DNA of 64,000 nucleotides from Eubacteriales bacterium (lineage in GTDB: Bacteria > Bacillota > Clostridia > Oscillospirales > CAG-272), in NCBI GenBank assembly GCA_045658965.1, contig JAZOVZ010000078.1, forward strand, positions 1,252 to 65,251, given 5' to 3'. The notes under the pieces are model-generated. The model made no database searches and was not told the DNA's origin. It saw only the letters and a list, made by a program, of their open reading frames with translations. The position numbers were made by a program, and so were the translations under genes. Shown here one piece after another: positions 52,967 through 61,355 of this stretch (position 1 is the stretch's first letter; every line of letters starts with the position of its first letter).

Positions 52967-54439
52967 TTAATGATTTTCAACTAAATATTGACGCAGGATC
53001 TCTACGTCGCGTGCGTCCACCGCACCGCTGTCGTCAAGGTCGGCAGCCCCCGTGTGACACGAAGCAGACAGCCCTTGCAAGTATCTGAGCATGGCGGTAA
53101 CGTCTCTGCCGTCCACCGTGCCGTTCTGATCGGCATCTCCCCACAGATAATCCGCAAGGTCCGCAATATTGGCGGATAGCGTTTGCATGCTGCCGTCGGG
53201 CGCATCCGACACGCTGTAATACACGGTATCTCCGTCTACCCACAGCCCCCAGATCTGCATGCCGCGCGGCAACTCGGCTTGTATTTCCACCACAACACCG
53301 CTCTGCAGATTTTGGGAATATATCTTTTTGGGGGTATTATAGATCAGATTGCCGCGAAAGGTTCCCACGCCCATAAATGCATCCAGATAATACGAGCCGC
53401 CGTCGGGCGTCAGCCATTTTTCATCGGTTTGCAAAACGCTCTGCGCGCGCATGGTGGTAAAATCCGCAGCGTAGACGGCACGCCCCTCCCCATCTGCATA
53501 AAACCATTGCCCTGCCGTATAAGAAAACGGCATGGAGACCTGTGCAAGAAAGGTGCGCTCGTATGCTTCGGAGGTACAGACGTGATCGCTCTCCCAAGCG
53601 TAATGACCAGTTTCGGCAATGCCCGCGTCGCTGCGCAAAAAGTTTGCATGCAACGCCTGCCCTGCCACATCGGGGATAGGATCATCCCAAGTCACGTCCA
53701 CGTGATAGTACTGACCGCCCAGCGTGATGACGTTCCAGATGTGATTCATCTTTGCGCTGACTGCCACGTCGGACGCAATGCCGTACCGCGAAAGCAACGC
53801 CATATAGGTCAGCGTATAGGCTTGGCAAACGCCTCGCCCCTCGGTCAGAAACGAATACATATCATAAATCTGATAGGTCGTATCGTAAGAAAAATGCAGG
53901 CAAAGATAGTCGTGCAGATACAGCGCGATCTCAAAATCGCTCCAATTTTCATCTACACCGACACAAATCCCGTCCAAGCGTTGCTCCACAAGTGCCCTTG
54001 CAGCCTCAAGCTCCTTGCCCGTCATACGGTACGAGGGCTTGAGCGTGACGACCTGCCCTGCCGAGGTGTAGGTGTAGGAAATGCCCGATTCCACGAAAAA
54101 GAGATCGGGATGACGGTTCATCACGTCGGTAAAGACCTCGGTGATATGATCGGTGGGAATTTGGAAATCCGAGAGATCGATCTCAGCTTCCTGCGCCAGC
54201 AGCGCAAGGTATATGTACTGTCTTGCGTCCTGCGCGCTTGCAAGATACCGATCGGCAGCTGCTGTGCCCTCTTGCAACTCGCAAGAGACAAGCTCGCCTT
54301 GCAACGTGTAAACCAACGGTGCGCAAGACACGGGGTTTTGCGCTTCCCTTTGATACGCGACCGGTGCAGGCGCGGCACACGCAGACAGGATCAGCACCAG
54401 CAGCAATGCCGCCGCGCTGACAAATCTTTTGTATCTCAC
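52967..54439 (-). CDS. secreted transglutaminase-like protein with C-terminal type-I dockerin
   Basis: Lipobox-like LILSACAAP. Transglutaminase core GRGVCQAYT...HIWNVI...HVDVTWDD. Dockerin repeats DADQNGTVDGRDV and DLDDSGAVDARDV. Confidence 0.85.
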   Translation of the reverse strand: MRYKRFVSAAALLLVLILSACAAPAPVAYQREAQNPVSCAPLVYTLQGELVSCELQEGTAAADRYLASAQDARQYIYLALLAQEAEIDLSDFQIPTDHITEVFTDVMNRHPDLFFVESGISYTYTSAGQVVTLKPSYRMTGKELEAARALVEQRLDGICVGVDENWSDFEIALYLHDYLCLHFSYDTTYQIYDMYSFLTEGRGVCQAYTLTYMALLSRYGIASDVAVSAKMNHIWNVITLGGQYYHVDVTWDDPIPDVAGQALHANFLRSDAGIAETGHYAWESDHVCTSEAYERTFLAQVSMPFSYTAGQWFYADGEGRAVYAADFTTMRAQSVLQTDEKWLTPDGGSYYLDAFMGVGTFRGNLIYNTPKKIYSQNLQSGVVVEIQAELPRGMQIWGLWVDGDTVYYSVSDAPDGSMQTLSANIADLADYLWGDADQNGTVDGRDVTAMLRYLQGLSASCHTGAADLDDSGAVDARDVEILRQYLVENH

Positions 54440-54478
54440 ACTCTCACCGTCCTCTCTGATTCAATGTATTCGATACGC

Positions 54479-55105
54479 TTATACGGTATGCAGCCCCGTC
54501 TGCTTGCAGATGCATTGCACGATCATTTCAAGGGCTACAGGATTATTACCGCCACCGGGGACGATGACGTCCGCATAACGCTTGAAGGGCTCGACAAACG
54601 CTTCGTGCATGGGCTTGACAGTCGTTAAATACTGCGAAATGACAGAATCCAGGCTGCGCGCTCTCTCCTTGGTGTCGCGCAGAATACGGCGCAGGATGCG
54701 TTCGTCCGCATCGGTATCCACAAATACGCGCAGATCCATCATATCTCGCAAGGCGGCATCCGAAAAGATGAGAATGCCCTCCAGCACGATCAGCGGTGTG
54801 GGATGCACCGTCACTACCTTGTCACTTCTGTTATGTATGGTGTAATCGTAGACCGGCACGTCCACGCTCGCACCGCGGCAAAGCGCATCCAGATGTGCGC
54901 GCAAAAGGTCGGTCTCAAACGCGTCGGGGTGATCGTAATTGGTCAGGCAACGCTCTTCATACGTCTTGCCCACCTGCAAATGATAATAGCTGTCGTGCGC
55001 AATGACGGTCACGTTTTCGCCAAACGCCTTGGCAATATGCTCGGCAAGCGTGGTCTTTCCCGAGCCCGTACCGCCCGCAACGCCAACGATCATGGGCTTA
55101 TTCAT
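54479..55105 (-). CDS. udk: uridine kinase
   Basis: Start at MNKPMIVGVAGGTGSGKTT, followed by DSYY. 8-nt overlap with the tdk stop. Confidence 0.9.
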   Translation of the reverse strand: MNKPMIVGVAGGTGSGKTTLAEHIAKAFGENVTVIAHDSYYHLQVGKTYEERCLTNYDHPDAFETDLLRAHLDALCRGASVDVPVYDYTIHNRSDKVVTVHPTPLIVLEGILIFSDAALRDMMDLRVFVDTDADERILRRILRDTKERARSLDSVISQYLTTVKPMHEAFVEPFKRYADVIVPGGGNNPVALEMIVQCICKQTGLHTV

Positions 55106-55691
55106 GCACACTCTCGCTTTCCTGCGCGGCAATCGCCTGCTTCCAGCAGCTGTGGCACATGGCAACGTAGGAATCGTTACCGCCAAGCAGGATCTGTCCG
55201 CCCGTGGTCACCACTCTGCCCGCACCGTCAATGCGTGCGTTGACAATGGCCTTTTTGCCGCAGGTGCAGATGGTCTTGATCTCGGTGATGGAATCCGCCA
55301 CCTCAAAAAGTCTGCAGCTGCCCGAGAACTGGCGCGTCATAAAGTCGGTGCGCAGCCCAAAGCACAAAACGGGAATATCCAGCTCGTCCACGATGCGGCG
55401 CAGCTGGTCGATCTGCCCCTCGGTAAAGAACTGGCACTCGTCCGCAATGATGACGTGGCATTCCTTGCGCAGGGCAAACTCGGCATAAATATCGGTCTCG
55501 GCACCGATGATCTGCGCCTCTGCCTCCAGACCAATGCGCGAACGGATGACGCCCGCGCCGTCGCGCGTGTCAATGGCGGGCTTGATCAGCCATACGCGCA
55601 TGCCGCGCTCTTCATAATTAAACTTGGTGATCAGCGCGTTTGCGGTCTTGCTCGACCCCATTGCGCCGTACTTGAAATACAGCTTTGCCAT
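55098..55691 (-). CDS. tdk: thymidine kinase
   Basis: GAMGSSKT P-loop, DECQFF, and C-terminal zinc motif CTCG...CHSC. Confidence 0.93.
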   Translation of the reverse strand: MAKLYFKYGAMGSSKTANALITKFNYEERGMRVWLIKPAIDTRDGAGVIRSRIGLEAEAQIIGAETDIYAEFALRKECHVIIADECQFFTEGQIDQLRRIVDELDIPVLCFGLRTDFMTRQFSGSCRLFEVADSITEIKTICTCGKKAIVNARIDGAGRVVTTGGQILLGGNDSYVAMCHSCWKQAIAAQESESVHE

Positions 55692-55694
55692 GCT

Positions 55695-56912
55695 TTACTC
55701 CTTTACTGCGTTGTACAGAATGCGCTCAACGATGTCCACGACACCGTCCAAGGACTCAATCGACAAAAATTCAAATCTGGAGTGGAAGTTCTCACCGCCC
55801 GTGCACAGATTGGGGCAAGGCAGACCCATAAAGGAAAGTCTTGCACCGTCCGTACCGCCACGGATCGGCACCACGATGGGTGTAATGCCAAGCTGCTCCA
55901 TGGCAACCTTGGCGCGCTCCACGATATACATGTGGTTATCAATGATCTCCTTCATGTTGTAGTAGGAGTCCTTCATGGAAAGCGTGCAGCTGCCTGCACC
56001 AAAGCGCGCGTTGATCTCGTCGGCAGCCGCCTGCATGACCTGCTTTTTCTCTTCAAACAGCGCACGGTCATGATCGCGGATGATGTAGACAAGCTGTGCG
56101 TGCTCGCAGTCGCCCTGCATATCGCACAAATGGAAGAATCCCTCATATCCCTCGGTCTTAGCGGGGATCTGCTCTGCGGGCAGAAGAGCATTGAACGCCA
56201 TTGCCATGAGCTGCGCGTTCTTCATCTTATCCTTGGCAGAACCGGGATGGATGGACACGCCAGCAAACTTGACCACAGCGCCTGCCGCGTTGAAGTTTTC
56301 GTATTCCAGCTCGCCAAGAGGTCCGCCGTCAACGGTGTAAGCATAATCCGCACCGAATTTCTCCACGTCAAAGTGGTCGGCACCTCTGCCGATCTCCTCG
56401 TCGGGCGTAAAGCAGATCTTGACCGTACCGTGCTCTGCATCACTTGCCAAGAGTCTTTCCACCACCGAAACGATAGCGGCAACGCCCGCCTTATCATCCG
56501 CGCCCAGCAGCGTGGTGCCGTCGGTGACGATCAGATGCTGCCCTACGTAATGCTGCAGGTTGGGATAATCCGCAACCGTCATATAAATGCCCTTTTCCTC
56601 GTTCAGGCAAATATCACCGCCCTTGTACTCGACGATGCGTGCTGCGATGGGCGCGTCCGCGCAAGCGTCCGAGGTATCCACGTGCGCCACAAGTCCGATC
56701 ACGGGACATGCCTTATCGGTATTTGCGGGCAGCGTTGCGTACAGGTATCCTTTATCGTCAAGCTCCACGTCACTAAGACCCAGCGACATCAGCTCTGCCG
56801 CCAGCGCAAGGCTGAGCACGATCTGCTTTTCCGAGCTGGGCACGGTCTCGGAGCTCTCGTCCGACATGGTGGGGTATGCGACGTATTTCAAAAATCTTTC
56901 ATAGGGTTTCAT
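55695..56912 (-). CDS. pepT: peptidase T (tripeptide aminopeptidase, M20B)
   Basis: MKPYERFLKYVAYPTMSDE N-terminus, HVDT, GADDKAG, DEEIG. Confidence 0.92.
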   Translation of the reverse strand: MKPYERFLKYVAYPTMSDESSETVPSSEKQIVLSLALAAELMSLGLSDVELDDKGYLYATLPANTDKACPVIGLVAHVDTSDACADAPIAARIVEYKGGDICLNEEKGIYMTVADYPNLQHYVGQHLIVTDGTTLLGADDKAGVAAIVSVVERLLASDAEHGTVKICFTPDEEIGRGADHFDVEKFGADYAYTVDGGPLGELEYENFNAAGAVVKFAGVSIHPGSAKDKMKNAQLMAMAFNALLPAEQIPAKTEGYEGFFHLCDMQGDCEHAQLVYIIRDHDRALFEEKKQVMQAAADEINARFGAGSCTLSMKDSYYNMKEIIDNHMYIVERAKVAMEQLGITPIVVPIRGGTDGARLSFMGLPCPNLCTGGENFHSRFEFLSIESLDGVVDIVERILYNAVKE

Positions 56913-56937
56913 ATATTACGTTCTCCTTGGAATTTCT

Positions 56938-56965
56938 CCGTAGGGGCGTGCATCGCACGTCCGCT
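56938..56965. repeat. GTAGGGG-type REP-like palindrome between the pepT RBS and its promoter region
   Basis: CCGTAGGGGCGTGCAtcGCACGTCCGC. Confidence 0.7.
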
Positions 56966-57099
56966 GTCAATCACCTACAGTATACCATAATTTTCTGCTT
57001 CTATCAAGGCATTTATCCAAAAAAGTCCGCAATTCCCCTTTTCTTTTTTGTCGGAATGTGATATAATGGATGCATCAAACGAAAGGAAGTCTTCCTGCA

Positions 57100-57567
57100 A
57101 TGAAACAAATCACCAGCTTTACCGTGGATCACGATACCATCACCCCGGGGTTCTATATCTCGCGTATTGACGGCGACGTGACCACCTTTGATCTGCGCAC
57201 CCGTACCCCCAACGCGGGTGACTATATGGACAACTTGACCATGCACTCGGTTGAGCATATGCTCGCAACGCTTTTGCGCAATTCCGAGGACAGCGAGCGC
57301 GTCATCTACTTTGGCCCCATGGGCTGCCAGACAGGCTTTTACCTACTCATGCGCGACACCTCTCCCGCAGACGCTTTTGCGCTTTTGTGCAAGTGCCTTG
57401 CCGACGCCATCGCATATGAAGGCGAAATGCCCGGCAACAAGAGAAAGGAATGCGGCAACTATCTAAATCTTGATATGACCGCCGCAAAGGTCGAGTGCGA
57501 GCGTTACCTGAACGCCCTGATCGGCAACGAAAAATTCAGCGAAAGAAAGGATTTCTCCTATGAATAA
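57100..57567 (+). CDS. luxS: S-ribosylhomocysteine lyase
   Basis: Start at MKQITSFTVDH behind GAAAGGAAG. It has the HSVEH metal motif and GCQTGFY. Confidence 0.93.
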   Translation: MKQITSFTVDHDTITPGFYISRIDGDVTTFDLRTRTPNAGDYMDNLTMHSVEHMLATLLRNSEDSERVIYFGPMGCQTGFYLLMRDTSPADAFALLCKCLADAIAYEGEMPGNKRKECGNYLNLDMTAAKVECERYLNALIGNEKFSERKDFSYE

Positions 57568-58255
57568 GCGTATTGGTATTATCGGTGCGATGGCTTGCGA
57601 GGTCGATCCGCTGATCGCGCAAATGCAAGACGCACAAGAGCTCACGGTTGGCTCTATCAAATTCACGCATGGCATGCTTTGCGGCAAGGATACCGTCATT
57701 GCGCAGTGCGGCATCGGCAAGGTGTTTGCCGCCATGTGCGCACAGACCATGATCCTGCATTTCGGTGTCAGTGCCATCGTCAACGTAGGCGTGGCAGGCT
57801 CGCTTTGCGACGCGCTGCGCATCGGTGACATTGCCGTGGCAACCAAGACGGTGCAGCACGACATGGACACCTCGCCCATCGGTGACCCCGTGGGCTTGAT
57901 CTCGGGCATCAATCTGGTCTATCTCCCCTGCTCCGACCGCCTTGCCGATCTGCTTGCATCCTGCATTGAGGCGCAGGGCGTGCACTACGTGCGCGGCACG
58001 GTGGCATCGGGTGACGTATTTGTTGCCTCCCCCGCGCAAAGAGCCCGTATTACCTCCAATTTTGACGCTGTAGCCTGCGAAATGGAGGGCGCAGCCATCT
58101 GCCAGGTCTGCTACGCAAACGGCGTGGAGGTAGGCATTCTGCGCGCCATTTCGGATAACTGCAACGACCCCTCCACCATGGATTACCAAACCTTCCGCGA
58201 TTCCTCCGCTAAGGTCGGCTGCAAAATTCTTTTGGATTTCATGAGTAGGGTGTAA
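57560..58255 (+). CDS. mtnN: 5'-methylthioadenosine/S-adenosylhomocysteine nucleosidase
   Basis: IGIIGAMACEV, GIGKV, EMEGAAI. 8-nt overlap with luxS. Confidence 0.92.
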   Translation: MNKRIGIIGAMACEVDPLIAQMQDAQELTVGSIKFTHGMLCGKDTVIAQCGIGKVFAAMCAQTMILHFGVSAIVNVGVAGSLCDALRIGDIAVATKTVQHDMDTSPIGDPVGLISGINLVYLPCSDRLADLLASCIEAQGVHYVRGTVASGDVFVASPAQRARITSNFDAVACEMEGAAICQVCYANGVEVGILRAISDNCNDPSTMDYQTFRDSSAKVGCKILLDFMSRV

Positions 58256-58302
58256 ACACAATGACATAATCAAAGGGAGAGCCGAGATGGCTCTCCCTTA
58301 TT

Positions 58303-58632
58303 TCATACGTGTATGATCGACAATACCTTTTGCATTTTCTCCGCATAACGAATCGTACTCATTGTTCCGCGAGATTTGCCATCCCAAACCACAAGAACCG
58401 CATCGGCAATCTCTACCATTTTTTGATTGCGCACGATAGGAGCAGCCCTTCCATACAATGCATATTGCGGGCGAAGAATCAATTTTGATATTTTACGTGC
58501 ATCCGCGTATTGTTCCGCCAACGCATCCACGCCCTGTGCCCCTCCGCTGATAATCAACTCCGTATTTTCGGGAATGTATGCAGACAAATCAAAATCTTGA
58601 ATACTGCGAGAACCCACGACCAACAGCTTCAT
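58303..58632 (-). CDS. SLOG-fold (DUF2493-like) protein
   Basis: 109 aa Rossmannoid: LLVVGSR...ISGGAQGVDALAE...VVWDGKSRGT. Confidence 0.7.
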   Translation of the reverse strand: MKLLVVGSRSIQDFDLSAYIPENTELIISGGAQGVDALAEQYADARKISKLILRPQYALYGRAAPIVRNQKMVEIADAVLVVWDGKSRGTMSTIRYAEKMQKVLSIIHV

Positions 58633-58754
58633 ATTTCCTCCATATGCTTTCTTTTGTTTCCTATATTTCCCCTATAGTTTCCTATATTATAGCATATAAC
58701 CTTTTCTTTGTAAATAGACTATAATAAGACTATACAAATGATTGGGAGAAAAAT

Positions 58755-58991
58755 ATGCTGGAAAGTCAATATAAAATGAACTTAATAAAAATCGGGCTGA
58801 ATATTGCTTATTACAGAAAGCTGCAAGGCATGACGCAAGAGGAATTGGCGGAAGCATGTGATCTGTCCGCAGGATATATCTCTCAGTTGGAGGGTCCGGG
58901 CAGTTATTTCTGTCCCTCTTTGAAAACGTTATTCAAAATCGCAGAGGTGCTTGGCACGACCGTTTCCAAGCTCACTGACGTAGAGGATTAA
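58755..58991 (+). CDS. XRE-family helix-turn-helix protein (78 aa)
   Basis: YRKLQGMTQEELAEACDLSAGYISQLE. Confidence 0.85.
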   Translation: MLESQYKMNLIKIGLNIAYYRKLQGMTQEELAEACDLSAGYISQLEGPGSYFCPSLKTLFKIAEVLGTTVSKLTDVED

Positions 58992-59002
58992 ACCGATATT
59001 TT

Positions 59003-59030
59003 GAGAACCCTTTGCGGGTTCTCTTTTTTT
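59003..59030 (+). terminator. intrinsic terminator
   Basis: GAGAACCCtttgCGGGTTCTC followed by TTTTTTT. Confidence 0.85.
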
Positions 59031-59044
59031 GCGCGTTTATTCTC

Positions 59045-59073
59045 TTGACATTTAGGGAACAATTTGATATAAT
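59045..59073 (+). promoter_or_regulatory. promoter of the Fic/Doc-like gene, bracketed by a 9-bp inverted repeat
   Basis: TTGACA, 17 nt ending TGA, then TATAAT. TTAGGGAAC (59052-60) pairs with GTTCCCTAA (59086-94); the latter abuts the AAGGAG RBS. Confidence 0.7.
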
Positions 59074-59106
59074 ATCATTAATAAAGTTCCCTAAGGAGTG
59101 TGTACA

Positions 59107-60033
59107 ATGGATAACAGAACCAAACAACTGTTGCGTCAAAGGGCAGATCTGACAGCGCGGCTCAGATTGCTTCCGTATGACGGTTCTCCCGAAATCAAAG
59201 AATTATCAAACCAAAAGTATTTATACGTTCGCAAACGCAAAATGGGTAAATTGACCAGCACGTATGTTGGAGCTTATACCGATGATCTATATGCCGCTCT
59301 TCTGCGTTACGCCAAAGAAGCCCGTGAGTTGCGAAAAAATATCCGAAAAATCGAAAAAGAATTGGCATTACTTGGTTATGAGGACGGCGCACTGACTCCC
59401 GAGATTTTATTAAATCTTGATTTTGCGCGTGCCAATATGAAAGCCAATATCTACGATCAGGCAGTACTGGAGGGTGTCGCCACCACGTTCCCGCAAACCG
59501 AGGACATTATTGACGGTGGCATAGTCAACGGTGTCACCGCCACCGATGTGCAGAAGATACTCAATCTCAAGCACGCTTGGGAATTTATTCTTGACAAGGA
59601 CGTTTTGCGCTCGGCATCCGATCTTTACGTGCTCTGCCATATTGCACAGCTTGTCAATGAGGGCTTTTACATGGAGGGCGGCAGACTGCGCGGTGTACCT
59701 GTCAATATTGGCGGCACCACCTATACGCCGCCTCTGCCGATCGAGGTGGACGTTAAGGAAACAATCAAACAGCTGACCGATGCCGACCATGAGCCCGAAG
59801 ACGTTGCCATTTCTCTTTGTCTTTATTGCATGAAGGCACAGCTGTTCAATGACGGAAACAAACGAGCTGCTGTGATCTTTGCCAATCACTATCTGATCTC
59901 CCACGGTGGTGGGTTGTTGGTCATTCCCGAAAAATTCGTGCCTGAATTTAAGCGTTTGCTTGTGCTTTACTATGAGGGTAAGGATAGCGGCGAGATCATA
60001 GAATTTATGAAGCGCGAGTGCATCAAAAAATAG
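59107..60033 (+). CDS. Fic/Doc family protein with degenerate Doc-type motif (QLFNDGNKR)
   Basis: The C-terminal KAQLFNDGNKRAAVIFANHYL aligns with the Doc motif HxFx(D/N)(A/G)NKR, but Gln replaces the catalytic His. Confidence 0.75.
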   Translation: MDNRTKQLLRQRADLTARLRLLPYDGSPEIKELSNQKYLYVRKRKMGKLTSTYVGAYTDDLYAALLRYAKEARELRKNIRKIEKELALLGYEDGALTPEILLNLDFARANMKANIYDQAVLEGVATTFPQTEDIIDGGIVNGVTATDVQKILNLKHAWEFILDKDVLRSASDLYVLCHIAQLVNEGFYMEGGRLRGVPVNIGGTTYTPPLPIEVDVKETIKQLTDADHEPEDVAISLCLYCMKAQLFNDGNKRAAVIFANHYLISHGGGLLVIPEKFVPEFKRLLVLYYEGKDSGEIIEFMKRECIKK

Positions 60034-60125
60034 CCCCACACAGGGACGCAAAATCCCCCGATCTATGCTATAATAAGCTCACGGTGAGAGCCGAATTTAC
60101 ATAGACAAAGGAGCGGATAAAGCGC

Positions 60126-60464
60126 ATGACCATCAAGGAATTGATCGATTACGTGGGTGAGATCCGCCCCAACTCCTATGGCTACCCAACCATGGCAATC
60201 TGGATCAACGAGATCGAGGGCGCAGTGCAGACCGAGATCAGGGGAATTCATCCCGACGACGCGGTCTCCTACGACGGCAATACCGACCCCGAAACCGTGC
60301 TGCTGGTGGGCAGCCCGCACGCCAAGCTGTACGCTTGGTACGTGGTTGCCATGATCGACCTTGTCACCATGGGAGATGCGGCGTATGAGAACTCCTATCG
60401 GATATTCAACAATTTCTGGAACGAATACGCGCGCTGGTACTTGCGTACGCATCGCACGGTTTGA
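60126..60464 (+). CDS. phage-like small protein (112 aa), unknown function
   Basis: IRPNSY...IWINEIEGAV...FWNEYARWYLRTHR resembles a small protein family recalled from Firmicute siphophage structural modules. This is a recollection only. Confidence 0.55.
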   Translation: MTIKELIDYVGEIRPNSYGYPTMAIWINEIEGAVQTEIRGIHPDDAVSYDGNTDPETVLLVGSPHAKLYAWYVVAMIDLVTMGDAAYENSYRIFNNFWNEYARWYLRTHRTV

Positions 60465-60484
60465 CACTCATTCGAAAAAACGAA

Positions 60485-60511
60485 GAAACCCCTTATTCTG
60501 TAAGGGGTTTC
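60485..60511. terminator. bidirectional terminator
   Basis: GAAACCCCTTAttctgTAAGGGGTTTC. Confidence 0.8.
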
Positions 60512-60518
60512 TCTGCTT

Positions 60519-61136
60519 TTATTCACTTTTCGCCGCACACCGCTCGACTCTCTTTTGATTGCGCAAATACACGCTCATGAGCTGCGGACGCACGTACCTT
60601 TGCACCATAACGGGCAGCACCTGCAGCACGAAATTGACCAAGGCAACGGGCAGCGACATACGCACAAGCCATGCCCACCCCGGCACAAGCAGGCACAAGA
60701 CCGGGAACACAAATCCCGCAACGGCGGAAATGACGTGCATGATCTCGGCATACACCGACTCGCGCATAAAGGTCATCAAATACTCGCTATCGTGAAAATC
60801 CAGCACCTTTTTCTTTTGGAACTTTGCCAAAAGCCCGCCCGCCTCGGGAATTTTGTCCTTCCACTTGACAATGCCCAGCTTGCGATACACCTTTTTCTCC
60901 CACCTTGCCACGCGGTATACGCGCTTGAAGGGATCCACCGCACGTGCCGGCAGCATGCGCGTCAGCCACGCGATCAGCGCGTCCAGCCCAAACTCCAGCG
61001 CGGTAAACAGCACCGACAATCCAAAGCAGATCAGCATTGCCGCGGGCAGCGTGCGCCCGGGCAGACCGATCAAGCCGCCCACAGCACCGATGAGCACGTT
61101 CCCTGCCGCGATTGCAATAATATAATACCGAAACAT
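60519..61136 (-). CDS. membrane protein, glycosyl-4,4'-diaponeurosporenoate acyltransferase-like
   Basis: Four TM helices plus a loop with WEKKVYRKLGIVKWKDKIPE and RESVYAEIMH, recalled from the CrtO-like acyltransferase family. Confidence 0.5.
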   Translation of the reverse strand: MFRYYIIAIAAGNVLIGAVGGLIGLPGRTLPAAMLICFGLSVLFTALEFGLDALIAWLTRMLPARAVDPFKRVYRVARWEKKVYRKLGIVKWKDKIPEAGGLLAKFQKKKVLDFHDSEYLMTFMRESVYAEIMHVISAVAGFVFPVLCLLVPGWAWLVRMSLPVALVNFVLQVLPVMVQRYVRPQLMSVYLRNQKRVERCAAKSE

Positions 61137-61189
61137 ACTTCCTCCCTACATCCGGACCACCAACTTAAAGTGATTGATACAATGAAATT

Positions 61190-61353
61190 TTGAAAATTTG
61201 CTTGTGCAAATTTTTCCCTTCATATTCCGCAGAAAGCGGAATATTTCACTCGCGCCTTGCGCGAATTTCACTTTTGCGAAAGCAAAAATTTCACATTTCG
61301 CCTATGGCGAAATATTTCATTGCAATGCGGTCAACTTCAGTTGGCTGCATTGC
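61190..61353. repeat. unidirectional hairpin-plus-ATTTCAC array (4 words)
   Basis: ATTTCAC at 61243, 61265 and 61288, and ATTTCAT at 61313. Hairpins are ATTCCGCagaaaGCGGAAT, TCGCGCcttGCGCGA, TTTTGCgaaaGCAAAA and ATTTCGCCtatGGCGAAAT. A terminal longer hairpin abuts the stop codon at 61356. Confidence 0.85.
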
Positions 61354-61355
61354 CA

